A stretch of DNA of 64,000 nucleotides. Source: Octopus sinensis. Taxonomy: Eukaryota. Below are positions 52,564 to 64,000 of this stretch, piece after piece. The notes under the pieces were generated by a model that worked only from the letters and a program-made list of their open reading frames with translations, was not told the origin of the DNA and did not search any database. The stretch lies in NCBI RefSeq assembly GCF_006345805.1, contig NC_043000.1, positions 115,506,001 through 115,570,000 on the forward strand. Reading direction: 5' to 3'. The translations under genes were made by a program, and so were the position numbers. How positions within the stretch are numbered: position 1 is the first letter of the stretch; each line of letters starts with the position of its first letter.

Positions 52564-52630
<67 letters not shown>
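52492..52630. repeat. (TAC/CAC/AAC)n microsatellite
   Basis: Direct reading. Confidence 0.95.
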
Positions 52631-52651
<21 letters not shown>

Positions 52652-53357
52652 CCCCCTTCTCGCTCTCTTTGCCCTATAAACGTCTCTCTTGTAAATGTCA
52701 TTTATCGAATCCGCCTTGAAGCAACAACTTTAAATGCTCCAGGCATTCGCTAATTACATCAGCTAATTACACAAAGAAAAGTTGACACTAAGATTTTACA
52801 GTTCCACTCCTTGTTTTTCTGACAGCAGCCAAAATTAGTCAAACTATGTCTTGAAAATAAGTTTTCAGTTATAAAAAAAACACGTAGAGTAGTAAAAAGT
52901 TTGCGTCCCAACCACATGGGTTTCGGATTCTGTCCCACCGCGTGGCACCTTGGGCAAATGTCTTCTACAAAAAAGGTTAGCCCTGGTCGTACAGACCTGT
53001 AATGGTTTCTGAAAAATAGCCAGTAATTGTAACAACGGTGTTGTAACCCCTCGCCAAGTTATGCCTGATTTTAGAACGAGATTTGCATCTACATTTATTA
53101 TCGATTTTTGTTAGGGCCCCATATGGTAAAGATTTGGATGTGAAAATTGTGGGTAGAGGGTGATGTGCTAGCTACCCTCCTCCCACAAATAATTATGCAG
53201 AGGCAGCCGTGGTTGAAACAAGAACAAGAACAACACGCATTCTTAAAAGAGAAAAGAAGCATGGTCATTCCTTACCCAAGGGACCTTATCTTGTTATGCG
53301 CTCATGAATTAGTTTGATAGTTGAGCTCTGATTGTCGATATGCAAATGAATTTATAA

Positions 53358-53533
53358 CTGGGCTCCGGAACTCTCGTGGGAAAAAAATTCGCGCCCTGAG
53401 CAAGCTGAACTTCGGCGAGTACAAGCTGACAGTCGTCGAAATTTCCTTGTCTGTGTCACGTCCTCCTTGGCGCCCCCTAGCACGTGGCGCCCTGGGCGAC
53501 TGTTCGAGTTGCCAGTACCTTGAGCCGGTCCTG
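53358..53533 (-). mobile_element. hAT-type MITE related to 8761-8889
   Basis: caggaccggctcaagg end and gtcagcttgtac..aagttcagct body. Confidence 0.7.
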
Positions 53534-53740
53534 ACACCCCGTATGGTACAAACCAGTAGATTGTCCATACATTATATAACAACATACCAGCTCTCGTTAT
53601 TATTTCACTGTTTAAACAGACTGCACCTTAAACTATTAAAATACCAACACAGCTGTCTTTTCTTTAAATCCAATCTAAATATTTACTTTTCCTCATTGTT
53701 TTATAACACACCGGTTTTTGTTTTCTCACGTTCCTCACCT

Positions 53741-53972
53741 ACTTCTATACAACCCACAAGGGACAAACAAGCACAGAGAGGACAAACAAGGACAGACAAA
53801 CAGATTAAGTCGATTATATCGACACCAGTGCATAACTGGTACTTATTTAATCGACCCCGAAAGGATGAAAGGCAAAGTCGACCTCGGCGGAATTTGAACT
53901 CAGAACGTAGCCGCAGACGAAATGCCCCTAAGCATTTCGCCCGGCGTGCTAACGATTCTGTCACCTCGCCGC
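53741..53972 (-). mobile_element. Type A SINE
   Basis: 19-bp TSD tttctcacgttcctcacct (53722-53740, 53973-53991). Confidence 0.9.
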
Positions 53973-54867
53973 TTTCTCACGTTCCTCACCTCCTTAACTA
54001 ATATTGTCGTTCTCTGCGCTATTTCACACGAAGTTCACACATTGCATGTTTTTTCCATTTCAAATGTAAAGCTTCATGATCTAAAATCTATAAAAATGGA
54101 ACTTTCTCAGAAGCTACGTCGGATCTTTTCATTTTCGGAGTAATTGATATCAAGCCGAAAGACCGAATACTATTGGTTAAAATTCTAATTATTAAACAAT
54201 GTTAAACTTAGAAGTTACAATTCCGTTTTCATTCTGGTTTACAATTAAGTTTACTTTTGACACATTCTACCAGTATACGAAGTTTCAAATTGTTTGGTTC
54301 AGTAGGAAAAATTTGAAAAAATTGGCTTCGAAAATGAAAAGATCCCTAAAATCTATAAAAATGGAACTTTCTCAGAAGCTACGTCAGTTGGACAAATTCG
54401 ATTTTTCTACTCATATTTCCCTCCAAAACTTCGTTGTACACGCACACGTGCACACACACTATTGCTTACTAACAAAAGTTAGCAAAATCGATAACATCAT
54501 TGACTAAGTTACATTTATTTGTATGAATACACGCGCGTTGAGTGTGGTAATACACACATCCACATATACACGAGCTTAGATTTTACGCTGAGGAGATTAG
54601 TAGAACTGTTTGGAAAAAATGAGATGAAGTATCCCCACCACTTCAATTTAGATACGACAAGTTGCCACCTTTCTATGTTTGACACATTCAAAATTAAGTA
54701 CCAGTCACACTTAAAAAATGTAGATCTGTTCGATTAAAAGACAAGCCGCGGTTCAGTGACTGAAAGTAAAAAGAAAAAAAAATAAAGAAAAAGACAAACG
54801 ATATATAAACAGAAGATACAAACAAATGAGTGAAAGATATTTCAAACAAATAAAAAAAAAATAGGAA

Positions 54868-54960
54868 TCTCGCGAGACGGATTCGAACCATCGACCTAAG
54901 GATAACAGTTAAGAAGATCACCACTACAGTCCTCCGCTCTACCAACTGAGCTATCGCGAG
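54868..54960 (-). tRNA. trnY: tRNA-Tyr(GTA) copy 4, 20-nt intron 54904-54923
   Basis: Complete cloverleaf, T-run terminator. Confidence 0.95.
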
Positions 54961-55386
54961 AACCTGCAGGTGGTATTAACATTTAACATAGTGTTGCTAT
55001 CCGTCAGTCATAAATCTGTTTTGTTGTAATACTTCGTAAACAAGTTCCGTGTGAGAAATAAACAGCGCGAATGCATTTACATTTAGCGTAAATTACACTT
55101 CACAATATTTATCCACTGAAAACAGAGGGATTTACGTTTGATCAATCAATCATAATTCGATAATCAGTATTCGAATCGCTTGTTATTCAGTACTTTCGTC
55201 AAAACAATGTGTTTTATTAAAGCCGTATCCTCAAAGTTTTTACGAACAAACCATTATTAATTATCTGAACGTCGGTCAATGTTTTAGGATTTAACAGGAG
55301 TTATGTCCCTTTAAAATTAGGCATGGTTAAACGTAAACGGAAAACAGCGAGTTGGAATCATTGGAATCGATATAATTGGGATCGAT

Positions 55387-55697
55387 GGGTACCACTAGCG
55401 AACAGTGGTCCCAGTGAGCGCACTCGCGCATCCGCGCTAGCTAGTCATAAGTAGTCGATCCTACAACGATTTGCGCGTATGTTTTTGTATTTCAAGGCTA
55501 AATACATATCAAAGAAAATTAAATAATATTTTTCGAACAAAGTAAACAATTTTTTAAACTAAGTAAATAAATTATTTTTATAAACAAACTAGGGTTAGGT
55601 TTAGGGTTCAAAAGTCGTTGTAGGATCGACTACTTACGACTAGCGAGCGCAGATGCGCGAGTGCGCGTACCGGGACCACTATTCGCTAGTAGTACCG
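55387..55697. mobile_element. CpG-rich palindromic MITE, copy 3
   Basis: ~80-bp TIRs, gat on both sides, internal agggttaggtttagggtt. Confidence 0.8.
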
Positions 55698-55846
55698 GAT
55701 CGATGTAATCGACTTGCCTTCTCTCAAACATCACTAGCCTTGTGCCCTGCAACGGACCGGCATCCCTTCAAGGGGAATGCTGTGATCTCGGTCATTCATA
55801 TGCAATGGAAACTATCCCTTGGGAGACATAAGTAAACATAATGAGT

Positions 55847-56387
55847 AAGGCGGCAAACTGGCGGAATCGTTAGCACGCCGGGCGAAATGCTTAGCGGTTT
55901 TTCGTCTGCCGTTACGTTCCGAGTTCAAATTCCGCCGAGGTCGACTTTGCCTTTCATCCTTTCGGGGTCGATTAAATAAGTGCCAGTTACGCACTGGGGT
56001 CGATATAATCGACTTAATCTGTTTGTCTGTCCTTGTTTGTCCTCACTGTGTTTAGCCCCTTGTGGGTAGTAAAGAAACAGGTATTTCGTCTGCCGTTACG
56101 TTCTGTGTTCAAATTTCGCCGAGGTCGACTTTGCCTTTAATCCGTTTGTCTGTCCTTGTTTGTCCTCTCTGTGTGTAGCTCCTTGTGGGTAGTAAAGAAA
56201 TAGGTATTTCGTCTGCCGCTACGTTCTGTGTTCAAATTCCGCCGAGGTCGACTTTGTCTTTCAGCCTTTCGAGGTCGATAAATTAAGTACCAGTTACGCA
56301 CTGGGGTCGATATAATCGACTTAATCCGTTTGTCTGTTCTTGTTTGTCCCCTTTATGTTTGTCCCCTTGCGGGCAATAAAGAAATAA
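55847..56387 (+). mobile_element. Type A SINE trimer
   Basis: One head then three bodies; junctions at ~56080 and ~56202. Confidence 0.85.
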
Positions 56388-56497
56388 GATTTAAAAGAAT
56401 AAACCTTAAAAAAAAAAACCCGACACATTTTCGGTATTACCCTACGAAGCAGACATCTCGAATGTCATTTTTTCTCTTATAAAATTATGTTATTGTT

Positions 56498-56640
56498 GAT
56501 GATGATGATGATGATGATGATCATGGTGTGATGATGATCATGGTGTGATGATGATGATTGTGGTGGTGGTGATGATGGTGGTGGTGGTGTTGATGATGAT
56601 GATGGTGGTGGTGGTGGTGATGATGATAACACCAATGATG
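56498..56640. repeat. (GAT/GGT)n microsatellite
   Basis: Direct reading. Confidence 0.9.
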
Positions 56641-56989
56641 ATAATGTTGGTATGCTTACATTCCTGTAACTTAGCGGTTGGACAAAAGAGGAATAAATAG
56701 AATAAGTATTAGGCTTCCAAATAATAAGTTCTGGGGGTTGATTTTTTTCGACTGAAAAGCCCTTTAAGGTAGTACTCCAGTATGGGCGCAGTCAAATGTC
56801 TGAAACAAGTTAAAGAATGAAAGAATACAATGAGACATTCCCCTCCCATCTCCTTTTTCTCCTCCTCCTCTTTTCCCCCTCCATCTCCTTCTTGATTGTT
56901 ACCTCCTCCTCCCTCATCTATCACTCAAGTACTTTTACTTTACATTTCTTATGGCTAATCTATTTTACATTTCAGCTTGAGTAGAGTGT

Positions 56990-57084
56990 CTCGCGATAGC
57001 TCAGTTGGTAGAGCGGAGGACTGTAGTGTGAAATTATATATAGCTGTAATCCTTAGGTCGATGGTTCGAATCCGTCTCGCGAGA
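56990..57084 (+). tRNA. trnY: tRNA-Tyr(GTA) copy 5, 22-nt intron 57027-57048
   Basis: Complete cloverleaf, T-run terminator. Confidence 0.95.
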
Positions 57085-57439
57085 TTTCATTTTTTTTTCT
57101 AAAATACTTATGCTTTGAATGACCATGCATACCAACAATCAAAGGCTTTTCAACTGTGACCATCTAATCTTTTTATTTAGATAATGTATTAAGGGGTTTG
57201 TATTATGCACTGTCCTATTTATTTTTTTATGAGTCTTGTATTTGAATTCAGAGTCACTTGACCGTTCCTTGTTCGCTAGTAATGAAATATTTTATTATCA
57301 TGAATATGATATAACCTTTTTCATGAGATCTGCAGTTAAACGTTGACCCAGCAGACAAAATGGAAAAGGCCTGAAACAGCTTTGCTTACAGCCACCATCC
57401 CGATAGCGGTGCGCAGAGATATATGATCCGGGGGCTAAG

Positions 57440-58041
57440 CAGCTCGTCGCGTGACTTTTAGAGGCTCTCTGCAACATTTTGTTTCGAGGTCCCATTCCTT
57501 CCATCAAAATTCATAATCTACACACCTTTTATTCATAGCTATGTTTTACTTTATTCTCTCTGAAGTTCAATGTTTCACGTTATTCTAAAGAACATTTCTA
57601 AAAATACAATAAGTTAAATTTCTTTAGGTCTATTACAAATTTCAATAAATAAAACTTCCAGATATGAGTAAAAGAGCACTTTTATAATTCAGGCAGCTTT
57701 CAAAGACAAACACGGTGCACTTTTCGCTTTGTGAAATTATCGATCAGTTCAGAATAATCAAGCTGAGAGCCAAGTTCGTGTTCAATAGATATCATAGACA
57801 ATCCACAAAGTCTGGTGCACGTTCGTGATTCAATGTAATATTTTTACAAGAACTTTGGCTGGTACAATATATTACCGTTTTATTTCTTGAAATTTTCAGT
57901 TAGCATAGTTTAATTCTTGATCAACATCTTAACCAAAGTAAATAGATGACTCCTCTATGTACTCTGATCTTAACATGGGGCCCCTCAACCGCGGAGGCTC
58001 CCTGTGACCGCAGGGGTTCCAGGGGCTTAGCGACTGCCCTG
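57440..58041. mobile_element. hAT-type non-autonomous element (602 bp)
   Basis: Homologous to 31514-32769 without the insert; imperfect TSD gggctaag/gggccaaa. Confidence 0.8.
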
Positions 58042-58744
58042 GGGCCAAAGAACACTGGATGTCTCTACTACCACAGCCTCGACCATACCTGTCGGAGAGC
58101 GACCGATATTTAGACAGCTTGCTTTTCTCAGTCTGACGAGAAATTGCTGCTGGAGGTGTCACAGCATATGGCATCCCAGATGGCGCTTGCCCAAGGTACC
58201 ACACAGTGGGGCTGAACCCGGAGCCATGTGATTGGGAATCAAGCTTCTTTCAACAGAGTCACGCCATACATCCATTATGATACATCAAATAATCCCTCTC
58301 TACCATAGGGACGAAGTTTGAAAATTACGGGCAGTTGATGAGTCAATTACATCGACACCAGTGTTCAAATCGTACTTAATTGATCAACCCCGAAAGACAA
58401 AAGGGGACCATGAAGGCGGGTACATCAAATAATGACCGAGTGAAGTCTGTTTCCCGACGAACACCGACGAACACTGACGATCACTGACGAACACACGCAC
58501 ATATGTGCGCGCGCGCACTCATATGCGTACATAAACACACACATAAAGAAACACACACATCGATACATACAAAGGCACAAAGGATATGTTACAGCAACTT
58601 TGTATTATCGTTGCCCTGGCGCAAATGAACACACTCACACATACGCGCGCACACACACACACATACTCGCGCGCACACACGTACGTATGTAAAGGTTCGC
58701 ACATGGATGCAGATATACAAATGATTACGCACACACATACATAT

Positions 58745-58971
58745 ATATTTCTTTACTACCAACAAGGGGTTAAACACAGAGAGGACAAACAAGGACAGTC
58801 AAACGGATTAAGTCGATTATATCGACCCCAGTGGTACTTTATTTAATCGACCCCGAAAGGATGAAAGGCAAAGTCGACCTCGGCAGAATTTGAACCCAGA
58901 ACGTAACGGCAGACAAAATACGGCTACGTATTTCGCCCGGCGTGCTAACGTTTCTGCCAGCTCGCCGCCTT
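58745..58971 (-). mobile_element. Type A SINE
   Basis: Consensus match. Confidence 0.85.
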
Positions 58972-59323
58972 ATATATACATACATATATATATATATACA
59001 AATAATTACGCACACACATACATATACTCGTGGACAGATACACACCAGCACATAAATATCCATTTAGATACAAACGCATACACACACATACGCATGCGCA
59101 TAGTTAGATATGCACACACACAGACACACGCCTGTAAAGCCGGAGCTGTATAAGCTTACCCTCCCAATCCTTCTTCTATTATATTCACACACAGCGTTAT
59201 ATATAACCTTACCTCTTCCTTCTCCTCCTCCTTGTTGCTACTGTCTCACAATTATGAATCAGCTGACGCGTTAGCTTCACGTTTCTTTATGACTACACTA
59301 TTTAGGTAGCATATTTCGTGTGC

Positions 59324-59416
59324 CTCGCGATAGCTCAGTTGGTAGAGCGGAGGACTGTAGTGTGTTATATCATGTCTGTTATCCTTAGGTCGGTGGTTCG
59401 AATCCGTCTCGCGAGA
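59324..59416 (+). tRNA. trnY: tRNA-Tyr(GTA) copy 6, 20-nt intron 59361-59380
   Basis: Complete cloverleaf, T-run terminator. Confidence 0.95.
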
Positions 59417-59500
59417 TTCCATTTTTTTTTTGACTATTTAGAGTCAATATAGGAGAAAATTAGGTAAATGTTTAATTATTTTTCACCAATAAGATTATTT

Positions 59501-59574
59501 TAGACGTATAGAAGACTGCAGTATAATTCATGTCTGTCATCTGTTGGTCGGTGGTTCGAATTTCTCTCGCGAGA
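59501..59574 (+). pseudogene. Degenerate tRNA-Tyr tandem copy
   Basis: gaagactgcag-tataattcatgtctgtc-atctgttggtcggtggttcgaatttctctcgcgaga + T-run; 5' acceptor and D arm lost. Confidence 0.8.
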
Positions 59575-59599
59575 TTCGTGTTTTTTTTTTATAAAGGTA

Positions 59600-60320
59600 T
59601 CTTTTACGCGTTTCGGTCATTGGACTGCGACCATGCTGGAACACCTTAAGAGAGTTCAGTCTGGTAAACTCACTCTACAATTTTTTAAGTGTGGTGCTGT
59701 TTTATCAGTTTTTTGCCGAATCACCAAGTTACGGGGATGTAAACAAACCAACTGTGGTTGTCAATCGGTGGTGGGACGGTACACACACACACACACACAC
59801 ACACATGACAGGCTTCCATACAGTTTCGACAATAATACAAAATTGAAAGAAAATATTTTAGAATTTCTTTCAATCCCTTGAAGTTTTTCAAATTTTCACC
59901 TGATATTTTCAAAAGATGTAATTTTGATGTAATTGCGCATGATGATGACGAAAATCACTTCCATTTTGTCCTTAGAAATCACTAATAAAGATGTTACAAG
60001 CCTTCAAATTTTTTTTTCTTTCCGGTGCTCCAGTATGGCCACAGTCATTGGACTGAAACATATAAGAGAATAAGAGAATATAAAAGAAAGACCTGATTTT
60101 TCGTGAAAATCCGTTGGTAAATCAGCAGAAACTCAAAGAATATTATCTTTGTATCTTTCATCTTTTATTTGATTCAGCCTTTAAACTGTGGTCATGTTGG
60201 AGCACCACCTTAAGGAATTTTTGGTACTTTTTTTAATGTTTTAACCGGTACTTATTCTAGCATTCTCTTTTGCGGAAACGGTAAGTTGCGGGGACGTAAG
60301 CACACCAACATCAGTTGCAC
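59600..60320. mobile_element. Cluster of type B SINE 3'-half fragments
   Basis: Matches at ~59600-59825, ~60025-60070, ~60160-60320. Confidence 0.6.
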
Positions 60321-60574
60321 TTTAGGATAAATTTTCTTTGGTTAGAGCTTAGTGAAGTTTTCTCTGATGGGTTAAATCTATAAAGAAATAAGAATTAAGG
60401 AGCTATCAGCTGTTAAGGTGTGCATTCATATTTAGGACAGCCTGTATATATAAGTCTCTTCCACACTGCAATCGTTTTGGTTTCACACACACACAGATTT
60501 CATAAATGTTTTGAGAGATGAACTAAATCGTTTAAACGGTGGAACTCGAAGTAGATAATGCTATAATGGTTTCG

Positions 60575-60718
60575 AATTTTGGGACAAGGCCAGCGATTTC
60601 AGGGGATGGAGGAGTAAGTCGATTACATCGACGCTAGTGCTAACTAGTACTTATTTTATCAACCCCGAAAAGATGAAAGGCAAAGTCGACCTTGGCGGAA
60701 TTTGAACTCAGAACGTGA
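60575..60718 (-). mobile_element. Type A SINE body, headless
   Basis: Consensus match; directly downstream of tRNA-Tyr copy 7. Confidence 0.75.
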
Positions 60719-60842
60719 AGGAGAGTTGACAGTTATGCCAGTTAAGCCCTAAAGCTATAAATAATAACATGTAGAGTGTTGGGGGTAAAACCAACCCACA
60801 CATTAATAAAATAAGAAAGAAACAGAAAAAAAAAAACCGGGA

Positions 60843-60935
60843 TCTCGCGAGACGGATTCGAACCACCGACCTAAGGATAACAGTCATGAATTGACACACT
60901 ACAGTCCTCCGCTCTACCAACTGAGCTATCGCGAG
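60843..60935 (-). tRNA. trnY: tRNA-Tyr(GTA) copy 7, 20-nt intron 60879-60898
   Basis: Complete cloverleaf, T-run terminator. Confidence 0.95.
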
Positions 60936-61088
60936 ACACGAAATCTGATTGTATAAAATAGTTTAGTCATAAGAATTATTATCAGCAGCTGATTTCTTGC
61001 GTGAGAAGAGAAACACGGAGAGGAGAAGGAAGAGCTATATGGAGAGAAGGAGTAGCTCTCACTATGACTGTGTTTGCGTGCGTGTGAG

Positions 61089-61137
<49 letters not shown>

Positions 61138-61282
61138 TGATAGTGGGAGTTCTAACACCCATGTTGGTGTGTTCGTTCATTCAATTACTATATTTGTGTC
61201 TCTGCCTCTTATATTTATTCTGACCACGTGTGTGTCTGTGCGTCTTTGTAACAGTGTTTTCTTTAGATTGTAAATAAGTTAA

Positions 61283-61805
61283 AAATTCCGCCGAAGTCGA
61301 CTTTGCCTTTCATCCTTTCGGGGTCGATAAATCAAGTACCAGTTGCGTACTGGGGTCGATCTAATCGACTAGCTCTCTTCCCCAAAATTTCGGGTTTTGT
61401 GCCCAGAGTAGAAAAGAATTGTTAGCATGCCAGGAGAAATGCTTAGCGGTATTTCGTCTGCCACTACGTTCTGAGTTCAAATTCCGCCGAGGTCGACTTT
61501 GCCTTTCATCCTTTCGGGGTCGATAAATTAAGTACCAGTTACACACTGGGGTCGATGTAATCGACTTAATACCTATGTCTGTCCTTGTTTGTCCCCTCTG
61601 TGTTTATCCCCTTGTGGGTAATAAAGAAATAGGTATTTCGTCTGCCACTACGTTCTGAGTTCAAATTCCGCCGAGGTCGACTTTGCCTTTCATCCTTTAG
61701 GGTCGATAAATTAGGTACCAATTGAGCATTGGGGTCGATGTAATCAACCAGTCCCTTCCTCCACCAAGATTTCAGGCCTTATGCCTAGATTAGAAAGGAT
61801 GATTT
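61283..61805 (+). mobile_element. Type A SINE multimer
   Basis: Three bodies; gaaata|ggtatttcgtc junction at ~61630. Confidence 0.8.
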
Positions 61806-62627
61806 ACTTACTGTGTTGAAAACAACACAGCTCCCATGACTTCCGAAATCCGTAGAAACTACACCTGATTATATATTCACTTTCGATGAGTTGTAGTGCA
61901 CCTGAGCACTGTACACAATGTTTATTATTATTATTATTATTATTTACTTAGGCGGATCCCGTTAAATTTTATGTTCAGAATTCAAATGGCATGGATATAA
62001 CTTTTCTAGTCATGTTTTGATTCCGCAGTCGATGTAACAGAAGAACAGCTGGGGCGTGTTTTAAAAAGATCCGAAATGTGAAGTTAAGGCTACTGTTAGT
62101 TAGAATAATCGTTTGGCAAAACACTTGTGTACTGAGACCGACAGACAGACAGACAGACATATACATGGAGAAAAAAGCTGACCGACATGTTTCTTTATTA
62201 GCCACACAGGGCTGCACACAGACGGGACAGATTACAAAGTAGAGCTTTTCTTTTTGGGGGAGAGAAAAAAAAAAGATGTGGTAGGTTTTCGATCAAAAGG
62301 GATCGTAAAAGGGCAAGAAGAAAAAAAAATGGGGGGAAAAAAACGATCAATAGGGATCGTGTATCACAGTGTCATGATGTAAAATGTAAAGGGGGAAGCA
62401 GATAAGGTTTATCCGTGGGAAGGAAAGCCTACGGAAAAGACCACGGTGACAGATAGACGCCTGCAAGTATAAGCGATTGGTAATCCTTTAGACAACTGTA
62501 CAAAGACAGATCAAGGAACGGATACCTGTATATACATAACTACCTGCATATATAGACTGTCAGATAGACACCTGTTCATTCAGGGAACGATTGACAGACA
62601 GATACTTGTATACATCGGCAGAAACAA

Positions 62628-62795
62628 AAGGGCCGGTTCTAGGTACAGGCACCTCGGGCAGCCGCCCGGGGGCGCTATATGCTTTTTAGTCTACATTTTC
62701 AGTTTTCCTCTCTGCGGAAGTTTAAAGAAATTATACTTGTAAGGGCTCTGAAGTTCAGCTTGCCCATGCAACCGGCATCCTTAGGGCCGGCCCTG
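62628..62795 (+). mobile_element. hAT-type MITE
   Basis: agggccggttctagg..cttagggccggccctg; partial TSD caaaag. Confidence 0.7.
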
Positions 62796-63216
62796 GTCAA
62801 AAGAGTTATCTGTATATTTAAACAGATTGATAAATACAGACCTGTATACAGACAGTTATAGATGGCTAGATAAAACGAGAGAGAGGGGGGGGGGGACAAA
62901 AAGAAAGAAAGAGAGAGGAGCAGGAATATAAATAGACAGAGATAGACTGACAGACGGACGGACAAACAGATAGATCGAATAGAAAGGTTTCCGAGTTTTT
63001 CCTAAACACTGCCGTACTCCGTTTCCATATCCTGAAATGTCTTACAAACTAACATATTCCCTCCTCCCCTCTAAATCTTCCCTTATTCCACTCGACCCTC
63101 CTTCTCTTCCTCTTCCTCCTCCCTATTTCCCTCGCTCACATAATATCAAACAACTGGCGTAGTTTTAACTTCACATTTCTTATGACTAAACTATCTGAGA
63201 GCCACTGTCTCCGTGT

Positions 63217-63310
63217 CTCGCGATAGCTCAGTTGGTAGAGCGGAGGACTGTAGTTTGTTATTTAAATGTCTGACATCCTTAGGTCGGTGGTTCGAATCCG
63301 TCTCGCGAGA
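63217..63310 (+). tRNA. trnY: tRNA-Tyr(GTA) copy 8, 21-nt intron 63254-63274
   Basis: Complete cloverleaf; T4 and T5 runs downstream. Confidence 0.95.
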
Positions 63311-63713
63311 TTCCTGGTTACTTTTGTTTTTATCTTACTTTTTTTGCTGAAAAGCTAAACTGTTGAGAAGTATTTTGTTATTTCTCTTTATGCTTTGAGT
63401 TCCAATTCTACGAAAGCCGGCTTCAACTTTAATCATTGTGGTATTGTCAACGAAGAGAATCAATAGAATTGGTTTCTCCAAAGGGCGCAATGCTTCTTTA
63501 AACGTGCCATATAACCCCTCATAACTCTTTTATTTTTGGGAATCTTCATATCAAACAAAGAAAAAAAAATCGTAATTTGATCCCCGCCTTCCATACTAAG
63601 TGCGTAACGCTTAGCCATTGTACGCACTTCGGGATTGAATGTCAAAAGCAGGTGGTTGTAAAGCGAAGTTCTTAAACATACAACCATGGCTGCTCAAAAT
63701 GAATACAAGTATA

Positions 63714-63785
63714 TGGCCAAATGGGGATCGAACCCACGACATTCGTGTTATTACCACGATCTCTAACCGACTGAGCTAACCGGCC
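63714..63785 (-). pseudogene. tRNA-Ile(AAT), probably pseudogene
   Basis: GGCCGGT-TA-GCTC-AGTCGGTTA-GAGA-TCGTG-GTAATAA-CACGA-ATGTC-GTGGG-TTCGATC-CCCAT-TTGGCC-A; two single-base gaps and G32. Confidence 0.75.
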
Positions 63786-63832
63786 TTCATTGTAGATTAC
63801 CCGTTTTAACACACTGGGAGAGAGAGGGTGTA

Positions 63833-63849
63833 TGTGTATGTGTGTGTGT

Positions 63850-63885
<36 letters not shown>

Positions 63886-63947
63886 AGAGCAGAGAGAGAG
63901 AGAGAGGAGGAAGATAAACAGACAGAGATTGACTGATAGACAGACAA

Positions 63948-64000
<53 letters not shown>
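63833..64000. repeat. (TG)n, (GA)n and (GATA)n microsatellites
   Basis: Direct reading. Confidence 0.95.

Noticed and set aside
55847-56387. Regularly repeated ~120-180 bp units as a CRISPR-like array
   Set aside because: Units are SINE bodies without unique spacers; eukaryotic context; no cas genes.
59501-59574. Functional tRNA-Cys made by anticodon switch
   Set aside because: Acceptor 5' strand and A box are destroyed, so it cannot fold or be transcribed normally.

Overview
AT-rich, repeat-dense animal DNA. The SINE repertoire resembles octopus OK/OR-type SINEs, so this is probably an octopod genome (inference). No host protein-coding gene is supported; almost all short ORFs come from microsatellites or TE debris. 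(1) A dispersed tRNA cluster: eight intact intron-containing tRNA-Tyr(GTA) genes (33.8-63.3 kb, both strands) with near-identical exons and eight different introns, plus decayed copies of tRNA-Tyr (2), initiator tRNA-Met (2) and tRNA-Ile(AAT) (2). (2) A 3.9-kb Penelope-like retroelement (RT + C-terminal GIY-YIG) inserted in the (TA)n tract of a SINE. Its ~980-codon frame has no nonsense codons and is broken only by five successive -1 shifts, so it may be intact. Its 3' pseudo-LTR carries five fixed-spacing CRE+CCAAT modules, a TATA-like box and a hammerhead-like motif with a U3-A8 core. (3) Several other hammerhead-like motifs, each just upstream of a microsatellite. (4) CRE-clade, RTE and CR1-like LINE fragments, non-autonomous Helitrons, piggyBac, Tc2/pogo, mariner, hAT and Merlin-like derivatives, long hairpin elements and many nested SINEs. 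All structure calls were made by eye; SINE and TE boundaries are approximate unless a TSD is quoted.
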